Assembly (NCBI GenBank): GCA_964035545.1
Contig: OZ037766.1
Coordinates: forward strand, 33,381,723-33,445,722
DNA: 64,000 nucleotides
Source of the DNA: Bugula neritina
Taxonomy: Eukaryota > Animalia > Bryozoa
Reading direction: 5' to 3'
Positions 14,001 through 27,700 of this stretch are shown here, one piece after another. Numbering within the stretch: position 1 is the stretch's first letter; the number at the start of each line of letters is the position of its first letter. A program made the translations under genes and the position numbers. A model generated the notes under the pieces. The model was given only the letters and a program-made list of their open reading frames with translations. It made no database searches and was not told the DNA's origin.

Positions 14001-16217
14001 ATACAGATATATAGTAATATACAGATATATAGTAATATACAGATATATAGTAATATACAGATATATAGTAATATACAGATATATAGTAAATATACAGATA
14101 TATAGTAATATACAGATATATAGTAATATACAGATATATAGTAATATACAGATATATAGTAAATATACAGATATATAGTAATATACAGATATATAGTAAT
14201 ATACAGATATATAGTAATATACAGATATATAGTAATATACAGATATATAGTAATATACAGATATATAGTATTATACAGATATATAGTAATATACAGATAT
14301 ATAGTAATATACAGATATATAGTAATATACATATACATAGTGATATACAGATATATAGTGATATACAGATATATAGTGATATACAGATATATAGTGATAT
14401 ACAGATATATAGTGATATACAGATATATAGTGATATACAGATATATAGTGATATACAGATACATAGTAATATACAGATATATAGTAATATACAGATACAT
14501 AGTAATATACAGATACATAGTAATATACAGATATATAGTAATATACAGATATATAGTAATATACAGATATATAGTAATATACAGATATATAGTGATATAC
14601 AGATGTATAGTAATATAAAGATATATAGTAATATACAGATATATAGTAATATACAGATACATAGTAATATACAGATATATAGTAATATACAGATACATAG
14701 TGATATACAGATATATAGTAATATACAGATACATAGTAATATACAGATATATAGTAATATACAGATATATAGTAATATACAGATATATAGTAATATACAG
14801 ATATATAGTAATATACAGATATATAGTGATATACAGATATATAGTAATATACAGATATATAGTAATATACAGATACATAGTGATATACAGATACATAGTA
14901 ATATACAGATATATAGTAATATACAGATATATAGTAATATACCGATATATAGTAATATACAGATATATAGTAATATACAGATACATAGTAATATACAGAT
15001 ATATAGTAATATACAGATACATAGTGATATACAGATATATAGTAATATACAGATATATAGTGATATACATAGAGATAGTAATATACAGATACATAGTAAT
15101 ATACAGATATATAGTAAATAGATGAGATAGAAATGAGCTCACTCACTATGCAAGGGAATTGTCTGCTCTTTCTTGGTTGGAATATGCTCCTTTAAGATTG
15201 GTCCATACTCGGACTGTATCTTCACAGCCATTTTCAGCTTCTCACTACAAACCATGAAATTACACAGTTGGTCACATATACCTCACTCTTTGTAGCATAT
15301 TTAATTGACACCGGGTCTAAGGTTAAGGACAAACCTGTTCTCGTCAGGAGCTGGTAGTTTTCCTTGTTCAGAGAGAAACATATCATGTGTCCTCTTCAAT
15401 GATCTGAACACGAGCGTGTGAACAGAATGCTTCTGTACTTCTTGCTGAATGCAGAATAATACTATCCTCATAATAACATCCTAATTACAGTCAATTGTTT
15501 CAATTCCCTGAATAAGTTTCACCTAAACAAGTTTAACCAAATGTTTCTAGATTTTGATTTGCTCAAATTAAAAAACACGTCCATATTTTCAACTCAAATT
15601 TAAGTGATTGAATCACGCTAAAAGCATTGACTCAACTGCCTTCTCACTTAAATTACTTCAGCTAGTTCCACTGAAGATTTTTTTTAACATTTTAATCCTT
15701 TTTATAGGTAAATTGCATACAGCAGTTTGAGCAATAAACTAAAATTTAAAGTTAAATGAATTATTTGATTAATGTAGAAGCACTGCTAATATGTATCTTG
15801 ATTATACATAGTTATAGATAATACTGCATTGCATGCTTGACAAGAATTTATGTCAGCTTCAGGAAATATCTACTCAATACTTATAAACTCTTTTAATAGC
15901 TACTAATTTATCTCAATAGTGTAACATCTATGTGAATGTTTTAATAATTAATATATTAACCTATCAATATGTTCTAGAATCTACAAGTCAAGCGGTACAG
16001 AAATTGACTAAAGTTGACAGAATGAGACAGTTGACTCAACACACTTCAATCATAGTGGCTATATCAAGAAATCAAAATAACTAATAGTTATAGTAATACT
16101 AATATTATAACTATAACAATTATTCTTGACAGCTTCAATCAAGTTTAACTATATCAAATTTACTGCAAAAACTGTGTCAAACAATTGGAACTTGCAGCTA
16201 CTTACCTCAGGAATCAT
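8060..16217 (-). CDS. PLRG1: Pleiotropic regulator 1 (Prp46), WD40 spliceosome NTC/Prp19-complex protein
   Basis: Exons (minus) 16217-16206, 15444-15335, 15244-15147, 13692-13484, 11978-11909, 11796-11624, 11146-10952, 10750-10632, 10507-10368, 9933-9740, 8119-8060. Diagnostic peptides: [115 protein letters not shown]. Confidence 0.97.
8503..9314 (+). mobile_element. Solo LTR (about 812 bp) in the last intron of PLRG1
   Basis: Termini TGTAGCAGT...ACTGCTACA (TG...CA with a 9-bp inverted repeat). 5-bp TSD AATAT at 8498-8502 and 9315-9319. Removing it restores the flanking 23-bp repeat unit. AATAAA near 9216. Confidence 0.8.
9972..12163. repeat. Five consecutive distinct PLRG1 intronic arrays (interleaved with exons)
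   Basis: 9972-10358 (9-bp AGAGTATAC-based), 10520-10630 (23 bp), 10790-10925 (33 bp), 11147-11603 (43 bp), 11971-12163 (50 bp). Confidence 0.9.
12164..13468. mobile_element. Non-autonomous DNA transposon, 21-bp TIRs, TA target-site duplication
   Basis: TIR GGGGTAACGGGGGCACAACGG at both ends, flanked by TA. Internal GGGGCACAATGGGCC copies at ~12528, ~12551 and ~13270. No transposase ORF. A second copy lies at 35545. Confidence 0.9.
13740..15120. repeat. Intronic 18-bp minisatellite
   Basis: ATACAGATATATAGT(A/G)AT. Confidence 0.95.
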
Positions 16218-16870
16218 GCTCGTTTGTTGCACTTAGACTTGTCGAGGACTTTAAATATACCAATTTTCATTTAAAACGCAAAATCAAAAATAAAAAACTA
16301 ATTTACAATTAGTATTACTATGAGTATGTACTTCAACCTTTGGCCTTTAGGAATAGAACTAGAAAAAAAAAACTATAATTGTAACATATACCAGCTCCGA
16401 GCACTACAACTAAATAAGTCTATCACAGTGACTATGACCGTGTGTGCGATCACGATTACAAGCACATTCACACACTGCGCAGGAATCAGGACTGACACTG
16501 ACAGAAGTAGGCAAGGACAAACTGAAACTCAGTTCAACTATAACGTTGAACTAATAATAATTCTGTTTTAATTTGTTTCTTGAAATTTGAATTCTTGATC
16601 AATTGTAGCGATTACAGGGCAAAATCAATTTTGAACGCTAAATTTCAATCACAATGTAAGTTAAAGTTATACTCAGTTATGGCCAATCGTCACGGACCCC
16701 ATCCAGATGAGTTTCAGTTCACCTTCAAGTTAAAAATTCGACTGTTGCGTGAAAATGAAGTTAGGATTTGTTTAATAGCTTGCAGGCGTATTCTACTCCA
16801 CAACAATGTCGATATAAAATTGCCTGTAATGTTATCTTGCTCGGACTGTGGAGGCATATTGTGCGGGTAA
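16218..16870. promoter_or_regulatory. Putative bidirectional promoter region of PLRG1 / CEP63-like
   Basis: Repeat-free, relatively CpG-containing stretch between divergent genes. GGCCAATC at ~16681. A possible non-coding exon donor GG|GTAAAG at ~16867 would pair with the acceptor at 18731 just before the CEP63 ATG. Inferred. Confidence 0.4.
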
Positions 16871-17743
16871 AGTAACGGATTTATTTGTAAGTTGTATATG
16901 TTTGCTATTGCAATGCCACACCGATGCTACTGGCGATGTTTTTGAACAGATAGAGATCTACTTATTTTTAATACCAATATGAATATGTACTCACATTAAT
17001 GCTGATAGCTGGTGGGCTTGTTGACTTTAGTATCAATATGAGCAAGTAACCCATTACAATTAGCTCAGAACTTGTCAATTAACTTACATTGGGTGTGAAT
17101 TTTAAAACCTGTTAGTATTACTATTAGTATTAATAATTAGTATTATTATTATAGTTCAGTTAGATTTAGAATTACCATTACTCAATACTGATAGTGATTA
17201 CTATAAGTATAAGTATAACTATAAGTATTAGTATAAGTATAACCATTACTATTACTAGAATTATTTCTATTAGTATTAGTATTATTCATATTAGTAAAGT
17301 ATTACTATTAGACTTACTCTTAGTGTGTAAGGCGTAAGCATAATCATAATCATAATGATGAGGCAAGTATTGTAGTTGCTATCTTAAACTTATCTACTTC
17401 TAGTTCTACTACTAGGCACTAGTAGTAGTTGTGCTAGTACTTATACTTTCAGTTTCAGTTTTATTTTCTAACGTAAGATAAAAAATAAAATGCATTATTA
17501 TTATAATACTAATACTAATAGCTTATTAATATTAGTTTTTTTATTTTATCAACTTTAAGTTTACCTTTAGCCTTTAGGTTTATGATTTGGAGTGTGAATA
17601 TATTCGAATATTAATATGAATATAAGTATTTATATTATTTACTTTTAGTTTTACTTTTTATTTTGAAAAGTTTGAGAAGTCACTAAAATTATTTTATTGA
17701 TTAGACTCTGGCTGAAGTAATCATTCACTGAGTTTTTGGATCT

Positions 17744-18098
17744 GATTCTCATCATCATTATTATCATAATGATTACTATCACTATACATGTAATTGTATG
17801 TTAGATGTAATAGATTCTCATCATCATTATTATCATAATGATTACTATCACTATACATGTAATTGTATGTTAGGTATAGTAGATTCTCATCATCATCATT
17901 ACCATAATGATTACTATCACTATACATGTAGTTGTATGTTAGGTATAGTAGATTCTCATCATCATCATTACCATAATGATTACTATCACTATACATGTAG
18001 TTGTATGTTAGGTATAGTAGATTCTCATCATCATTATTATCATATTGATTACTATCACTATGCATGTAATTGTAAATAGATGTAGTAGATTCTCATCA
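17744..18098. repeat. 69-bp tandem repeat upstream of the CEP63-like start exon
   Basis: GATTCTCATCATCATT...CACTATACATGTA.TTGTATGTTAG, about 5 copies. Confidence 0.88.
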
Positions 18099-18739
18099 AG
18101 TTAGAATAAACACAAGTAAATATGTAATTCAATTTGCTAATATAAATACTATGAAGCGCCGAGCGTTCTAAGATAGATCAACATGTTTATGCAAAATAAT
18201 TTGTCTGTTGTCATAATTTATATTGATATTAATGTTTATTAGCATAGCTAGTAGTATTAAACTATATATATAAGCTTAAGTAAGCTGTAACTTAATAGCC
18301 ATCATTATTCAAATATGTTGACTAGGCTACATATTTGTTTTAAACTCACATAGACCTAACTCAATAACTCTAAATTACAAGCAGTCGGGTAATTAACTTT
18401 CTGAAATTGCTTAGTGATAATTTTACATCTCTGAAATATCTGATTACATTTGATATTATTTTCAATTAGTGAAAGTGTCCTTGAGTTAGTTATTCGTGAC
18501 AATGCGTCTGTTGATAATTACTTTCTCATTCATAAATTTGATTTAGAGATACAAATTATGGAATTTTAATAATAATTATTATTGATATTATTAACACTTT
18601 TTATTGAGCTTGAATAGGACAGTAATTAATAAATATAAATTACCCATAAGTATATATAGCAGCTATCTCATTCTCCAAGTTGATAGTTCACTGTATAACT
18701 TTATGAATTATACTTATGCTGTTTTTCTCAGTCAGTGAG

Positions 18740-21700
18740 ATGAGTGGGTTAGAGTTGTCTGATCTATACAGAGATCTGCAAAGAGCAGGTCATGGAATCT
18801 CCAAGAATAGTCCCTTGATGACTAGTTGTGAGAGTGAGCTGTCGGAGTTGATTAGACAAATTGACATCATGTTCAAGTGAGTGCTTTCTCTCTACTGTAT
18901 CTCTGTACTGTATCTCTCTACTGTATCTCTCTACTGTATCTCTCTACTGTATCTCTCTACTGTATCTCTCTACTGCATCTCTCTACTGTATCTCTCTACT
19001 GTATCTCTCTACTGTATCTCTCTACTGTATCTCTCTACTGTATCTCTCTACTGTATCTCTCTACTATATCTCTCTACTGTATCTCTCTACTGTATCTCTC
19101 TCTACTGCATCTCTCTACTGTATCTCTCTACTGTATCTCTCTACTGTATCTCTCTACTGTATCTCTCTACTGCATCTCTCTACTGTATCTCTCTACTGTA
19201 TCTCTCTACTGTATCTCTCTACTGTATTAGATAGCTTTCATTAGTTAAAACTGTTGTGGTCACATCGCAGGTCTAAAAAGAATGAATGGCAGAGAGAAAA
19301 GACAACCTATGAGCTGAAAGTAGAAACTAAATCTCGGGAAGTACAGCTTCAGCAGGAGAGTATCGACAGGAAAAACCAGGAGGTAGAAATCAGTTGACTG
19401 TCTACGTTTCTGATTCATGTAGTCTGTATAGTATAGTATAACTAGTATATAGTCTGTGTATAACTAGTATATAGTATGTGTATAGTATGTATATAATCTG
19501 TATATAGTATGTGTATAACTAGTATATAATCTGTGTATAGTATGTATATAATCTGTATATAGTATGTGTATAACTAGTATATAATCATTCAGATAACTAG
19601 GCTGAGGGAACATGCCATGCTGGCAGAAAAGGAAGACAAGAAACTTATCTCAGACTACCAGCTGCAGGTGGAACAACTACATAAAGATCTGATGTTACTC
19701 AAGAAACAGTACGAGAAGATGAGAAACAAACATCAGAAAGAGAAGGTGAAACTGACAGCAGAGGTGAGTCATTAGACAAAGTGAAACTATGTAAAGCACA
19801 GTGACAAAGTGAAACTAACACACAATTACAAAGCACACAGTGACAGAGGTATTGAAATGTATTGAACATGTTTGTATAATATTAGTTAGACAGTTGCCTG
19901 ATTGAGTTAAATTCTACTACTGATAAAGCACAGGTAACATTCACCAGCTTAGTCTTGTTCATTTCATGAATTTATATTCAAATTACTTTCACTTCTCTGT
20001 TTACTAACATTCATTTGAATATGTTTTTCTCCTTTGTATTGGCCTAACTGTGGTCTTGTTAATGAGCTTTTATGAGTCCATTTCTTTCAACTCTAACAGA
20101 TGTTCATTGTGTTATGTAATAGTATAAACAACTTAGGTGTTGTAAACTATATTTTCAAATTTATATTGTGACATCAGATTGTGTCTCAAATCTGTGCTAT
20201 TTGAATTGTTAGTTTCTTAGACATACTATGTTAATTTATACACTGTGTAATATACTGTGTAATATACTGTGTAATATACTACCTATACAGTGTAATATAC
20301 TATGTTATACAGTGTAATATACTAACTACACTGTGTAATATACTAACTATACTGTGTAATATACTGTGTAATATACTGTGTAATATACTACCTATACAGT
20401 GTAATATACTGTGTAATATACTAACTATACTGTGTAATATACTGTGTAATATACTGTGTAATATACTACCTATACAGTGTAATATACTGTGTAATATACT
20501 AACTATACTGTGTAATATACAGTGTAATATACAGTGTAATATACTAACTATACAGTGTAATATACAGTGTAATATACCGTGTAATATACTAACTATACAG
20601 TGTAATATACTAACTATACTATGTAATATACTGTTTAATATACTATGTAATGTAGAAATATGAACTGGAGACGAATAATATGGTGAAAGATAAGAAGCAG
20701 CTGCAGTTTGAGGTGGACAGATTACTCAGTACTGTAAAGTCTCTAAGTGAGTATCTCGTACTTTAACTAGTTACTGAGTACTACTGGTTACTGAGTACTA
20801 CTAGTTACTGAGTGCTACTAGTTACTGAGTACTACTAGTTACTGAGTACTACTAGTTACTGAGTGCTACTAGTTACTGAGTATTACTGGTTACTGAGTGC
20901 TACTAGTTACTGAGTATTACTATATACTGAGTACTACTAGTTACTGAGTACTACTAGTTACTGAGTACTACTAGTTACTGAGTACTACTGGTTACTGAGT
21001 ACTACTAGTTACTGAGTACTACTAGTTACTGAGTACTACTATATACTGAGTATTACTAGTTACTGAGTACTACTGGTTACTGAGTACTATTAGTTACCGA
21101 GTACTACTGGTTACTGAGTACTACTGGTTACTGAGTACTACTAGTTACTGAGTACTACTGGTTACTGAGTACTACTGGTTACTGAGTACTACTAGTTACT
21201 GAGTACTACTAGTACTATAGTATGTAGAACCCTTGAAATGGATATTCCAGTAAACCAACTTTCCACTCTGCTTTCAGCTGAGAAGTGTGAGTTGATGGAA
21301 CAGCAAGGCAGCACCTATCAAGACCAGCTGGTCAAACGTAACCAAATGATTGGTGACATTGAGGCTAACCTCAGGTCTGTACGGCTGTTTAGTGTACTGT
21401 CTGATATTGAGGGTGACTCTCGCTCCACCCTTCTATTCTGATAGCCTAAGAAACCCACTTGTTCTGTACTTGTACCTGTCATTCTACAGAATTACTATCT
21501 CTTTAGAACTTCTGGTAGTGTTGTATTACACAGTACATTGGAGTTGTCTGCACACTGTAACAAACATTACTTCTATGTAAGTATGTAGTGTAGGTACATA
21601 CAGCGTAAGTATATGTAGTGTAGGTATATAGTGTAAGTACACAGTGTAAGTATACAGTGTAAGTATATAGTGTAAGTACATAGTGTAAGTGTATAGTGTA

Positions 21701-24700
21701 AGTATATAGTGTAAGTACATAGTGTAAGTATGTAGTGTAAGTATATAGTGTAAGTGTGTAGTGTAAGTATATAGTGTAAGTACATAGTGTAAGTATATAG
21801 TGTAAGTGTGTAGTGTAAGTATATAGTGTAAGTGTATTACAGAGCCGAACTGGCCACCATCAGATCTCAACTACACGAGGCGGAGGATAGAGAATCGGAG
21901 AGAAACGTGGAGATTGCTCGTCTCAAGGCCGACCTGAATCACTGGAAGAATAAGTCAACCAAACTGAGTAAAGAACTGCAGACGTCTGAGGAGCTGCTGA
22001 AGAAAGCAAATTCTACAGTTGGTGTGAGTAGAGAGAGAATATTCTACAGTTGGTGTGAGTAGAGAGAGTATATTCTACAGTTGGTGTGAGTAGAGAGAGT
22101 GTATTCTACAGTTAGTGTGAGTGTAGAGAGTATATTCTACAGTTAGCATGAGTGTAGAGAGAGAGTATATTCTACAGTTAGTGTGAGTAGAGAGAGTATT
22201 CTACAGTTAGTGTGAGTGTAGAGAGTATATTCTACAGTTAGCGTGAGTGTAGAGAGAGAGTATATTCTACAGTTGGTGTGAGTAGAGAGAGTATATTCTA
22301 CAGTTAGTGTGAGTAGAGAGAGTATATTCTACAGTTAGTGTGAGTAGAGAGAGTATATTCTACAGGTAATGTGAGTAGAGAGAGTATATTCTACAGTTAG
22401 TGTGAGTGTAGAGAGTATATTCTACAGTTAGTGTGAGTGTAGAGAGTGTATTCTACAGTTAGTGTGAGTTGATGTCAATGTAAATGGAGATGAACATGTA
22501 TATGATTCACTGTTCTCTACAGACTCTACAGTCACACAATGATGGACTGAATGCAGAATTAAAGGCACAGGGCAGCAACCTACACATGGCCACCAGGGGG
22601 CAGCACTGCCAAGAGAAGGAAATGGTCAAACTTAGAGATATGATTATTGAGAAAGATAAGACTATCCGGTGAGTGTTGAGATTGAGAACAGTACATCTCT
22701 CTACTCTCTACTATCATATGATATATACTTATACAGTACATCTCTCTACTCTCTACTATCATATGATATATACTTATACAGTACATCTCTCTACTATCAT
22801 ATGATATATACTCATACAGTACATCTCTCTACTCTCTACTATCATATGATATATACTCATACAGTACATCTCTCTACTCTCTACTATCATATGATATATA
22901 CTCATACAGTACATCTCTCTACTCTCTACTATCATATGATATATACTCATACAGTACATCTCTCTACTCTCTACTATCATATGATATATACTTATACAGT
23001 ACATCTCTCTACTCTCTACTATCATATGATATATACTCATACAGTACATCTCTCTACTCTCTACTATCATATGATATATACTCATACAGTACATCTCTCT
23101 ACTCTCTACTATCATATGATATATACTCATACAGTACATCTCTCTACTCTCTACTATCATATGATATATACTCATACAGTACATCTCTCCACTCTCTACT
23201 ATCATATGATATATACTTATACAGTACATCTCTCTACTATCTACTATCATATGATATATACTCATACAGTACATCTCTCTACTCTCTACTATCATATGAT
23301 ATATACTCATACAGTACATCTCTCTACTCTCTACTATCATATGATATATACTCATACAGTACATCTCTCTACTCTCTACTATCATATGATATATACTTAT
23401 ACAGTACATCTCTCTACTATCTACTATCATATGATATATACTCATACAGTACATCTCTCTACTCTCTACTATCATATGATATATACTTACACAGTACATC
23501 TCTCTACTCTCTACTCTCATATGATATATACTCATACAGTACATCTCTCTACTCTCTACTATCATATGATATATACTCATACAGTACATCTCTCTACTCT
23601 CTACTATCATATGATATATACTCATACAGTACATCTCTCTACTCTCTACAGTCTACTATCATATGATATATACTCATACAGTACATCTCTCTACTCTCTA
23701 CTATCATATGATATATACTCATACAACTTGTTCAACACTTTAGCTCACTGCTGGATAAAAACCACCTGAATGAGTCAACAGCACTGGATGTGTTGAAACA
23801 GGACCTTCTGAAAGTTGATTTGGAAAACAGGTACTTGTCTTTAGACTATTGTGTCTATACATCTAGTAGATTATGTCTATACATCTAGTAGATTATGTCT
23901 ACACATCTAGTAGATTATGTCTATACATCTAGTAGATTATGTCTATACATCTAGTAGATTGTGTCTACACATCTAGTGAATTATGTCTACATACAGTATA
24001 TCGTAATGTTCTATCAGAGAACTGAAGGCCAAAGAAGCAGAATTTAGGACAGAAGTTACCAGACTACAAGCTGAATGTACTTCACTCATCAAGAGACTGG
24101 ATAATACTGACCAGGAGTGTCTCTCATTGAGAGAACAACTCCACAAGAAGGTGAGTTTCTCAACTGTAATACGCTGTGATGCATTTACTGTACATACTAT
24201 AACTCACACTTTCTATGTGATCTGTGTTTAAGGAAACTGAGCTAAGAGAGACGGAGGACCAGAGACTGCGAGACCGTGACGCTAATCTTAATGAGGTAGT
24301 ATAGTGTGTATAATACTGTATTACTTTATATAATACTGTATTACTTTATATAATACTGTATTACGTACAAGTGTATAGTATAATACTGTATTACTTTATA
24401 TAATACTGTATTACTTTATATAATACTGTATTACTTTATATAATACTGTATTACTTTATATAATACTGTATTAATTTATATCATACTGTATTACTTTATA
24501 TAATGCTGTATTACTTTATATAATACTGTATTACTTTATATAATACTGTATTACATTATATAATACTGTATTACTTTATATAATACTGTATTACTTTATA
24601 TAATACTGCATTACTTTATATAATACTGTATTACTTTATATAATACTGTGTTACATTATATAATGCTGTATTACTTTATATAATACTGTATTACTTTATA

Positions 24701-27700
24701 TAATACTGTATCACTTTATATAATGCTGTATTACTTTATATAATACTGTATTACATTATATAATACTGTATTACATTATATATTACTGTATTACTTTATA
24801 TAATACTGTATTACATTATATATTACTGTATTACTTTATTTAATACTGTATTACTTTATATAATACTGTATTACATTATATATTACTGTATTACTTTATA
24901 TAATACTGTATTACATACAAGTGTACAGTATAATACTGTATTACGTACAAATGTATAGTATAATACTGTATTACATACAAGTGTATAGTATAATACTGTA
25001 TTACATACAAGTGTATAATATAATACTGTATTACTTACGAGTATATAATATAATACTGTATTACATACGAGTGTATAATATAATACTGTATTACATACAA
25101 ATGCACTAATTCATGAGACTCTTTCAGCTACAGGAGAAAATATTCAGTCTGAAATCAGATCATGATGCTGAAGTTACAGAGTTGAGGAAAGAGTTGCAGA
25201 ATGTTAGAGCTCAGTTGTGTGAGACTTTGAGGTCAGTGAAGTATAGTAGTGGTACTAACTTACAATAGTACTAGTAGTAGTACTAGTAGTAGTACTAGTA
25301 GTAGTACTAGTAGTAGTAGTAATAGTAGTTGTAGTTGTAAGATTACTGGTAGTAGTAGTAGTACTAGTGGTAGTAGCAGCAGTAGTAATAGTAGTTGTAG
25401 TTGTAAGATTACTGGTAGTAGTAGTAGTACTAGTGGTAGTAATATTACTGGTAGTAGTAGTAGTACTAGTGGTAGTAATATTACTGGTAGTAGTAGTAGT
25501 ACTAGTGGTAGTAATATTACTGGTAGTAGTAGTAGTACTAGTGGTAGTAGTATTACTGGTAGTAGTACTACTACTACTACCAGTAATATTACTACCACTA
25601 CTACTACTACTACTACTACCAGTAATATTACTACTTAGTAATATTACTGGTAGTAGTAGTAGTACTAATAGTAGTAGTAGTAGTAGTAGTAGTAGTAATA
25701 TTACTGGTAGTAGTGCTAGTAGTAGTTATAGTAGTCTACTATAGCTGATGCTTTCAATTCCCAGTCGGAACAACCAGACTTGTCTCATGACAACTTTCTC
25801 TGAGGGAGACGATTCCCGTATGGATGCTGTGAACGCTGCGATTGGTGAAAGTCATGCTGCAGCAGATCTGAGGCTAACCCAACAGCAACTTACTGCTCTG
25901 AGGCTAGAAAATCAGCATCTACAGGAGCAGGTATTTATATACTACTCTTTATATACTCTCTGTCTATATTCTACTGTCTATATACTACTTTCTATATACT
26001 ACTGTCTATATACTACTGTCTATATACTACTGTCTATATACTACTGTCTATATTCTACTGTCTATATACTACTGTCTATATACTACTCTCTATATACTAC
26101 TCTCTATATACTACTCTCTATATACTACTGTCTATATACTACTGTCTATATTCTACTGTCTATATACTACTTTCTATATACTACTCTCTATATACTACTG
26201 TCTATATACTACTCTCTATATACTACTCTCTATATACTACTGTCTATATACTACTGTCTATATACTACTGTCTATATACTACTGTCTATATACTACTGTC
26301 TATATTCTACTGTCTATATATGTACTACTATATACTCTGCAGGTACTGAACTCTAAAGATGCAGGACACAGCGTAAGACAAGCACAAAGGCATCTCACCG
26401 ATATCCAGAGCTCATATGACAACACAGTAGAGAAGTTAAAGGTAGTTATACTTCAGTGTCTGTGTTATACTTGAGTGTTTGTGATATACCTGAGTGTCTG
26501 TGATATATCTGAGTGTTTGTGATATATCTGAGTGTCTGTGATATACCTGAGTGTTTGTGTTATAGCTTAGTGTCTGTGTTATATCTTCGTGTCTGTGATA
26601 TACCTGAGTGTTTGTGTTATACCTGAGTGTTTGTGATATACCTGAGTGTCTGTGTTATACCTTAGTGTTTGTGATATACCTGAGTGTCTGTGTTATACCT
26701 GAATGTCTGTGTTATACCTGAGTGTCTGTGTTATACCTGAGTGCCTGTGTTATACCTGAGTGTCTGTGTTATACCTGAATGTCTGTGTTATACCTGAATG
26801 TCTGTGTTATACCTGAGTGTCTGTGTTATACCTGAGTGTCTGTGTTATACCTGAGTGTCTGTGTTATCTGTGTTATACCTGAGTGTCTGTGTTATACCTG
26901 AATGTCTGTGTTATACCTGAGTGTCTGATATACCTGAGTGTCTGTGTTATACCTGAGTGTTTGTGTTATACCTGAATGTCTGTGTTATACCTGAGTGTTT
27001 GTGATATACCTCAGTGTCTGTGTTATACCTGAATGTCTGTGATATATATACCTGAGTGTCTGTGTTATACCTGAGTGTTTGTGATATATCTGAGTGTTTG
27101 TGATATAGCTGAGTGTTTGTGATATACCTGAGTGTCTGTGTTATATCTGAGTGTCTGTGATACAGGCGGATAACGATAGACTCCACGCAGATGTTGCTAA
27201 ACTCAGAAGTGAAATGAAGACCAAGGAGGAGAGTTATCATCACAGATACAGGAAGTTACTGCAGGATATGCAGCTCGACATTGAAAGGTGAGTCAGTGTA
27301 TATTACTAAGTGAGAGATTATATTACTAGGTGAGAGAGTATATTACTAGGTGAGAGTGTATATTACTAGGTGAGAGTATATATTACTAGGTGAGAGTGTA
27401 TATTACTAGGTGAGAGAGTATATATTACTAAGTGAGAGAGTATATATTACTAGGTGAGAGTGTATACTACTAGGGGAGAGAGTATATATTACTAGGTGGG
27501 AGTGCATATATTACTGGGTGGGAGGGTATATTACTAGGTGAGAGAGTATATATTACTAAGTGAGAGAGTATATATTACTAGGTGAGAGTGTATATTACTA
27601 GGTGGGAGAGTATATTACTAGGTGAGAGAGTATATTACTAGGTGAGAGAGTATATATTACTATACGTATGCTACAGGAGAGAAGCCAGGCTGCTAGAAGA

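Noticed and set aside
13475-15146. 555-aa and overlapping ORFs
   Set aside because: 18-bp intronic repeat; only 13484-13692 is a real PLRG1 exon.
22669-23769. 366-aa and 286-aa repeat ORFs
   Set aside because: 45-bp intronic minisatellite between two in-frame CEP63 exons.
25249-25744. Ser/Thr-rich mucin-like ORFs
   Set aside because: They lie between donor 25231 and acceptor 25765, which join in frame; this is an AGT-based intronic repeat.
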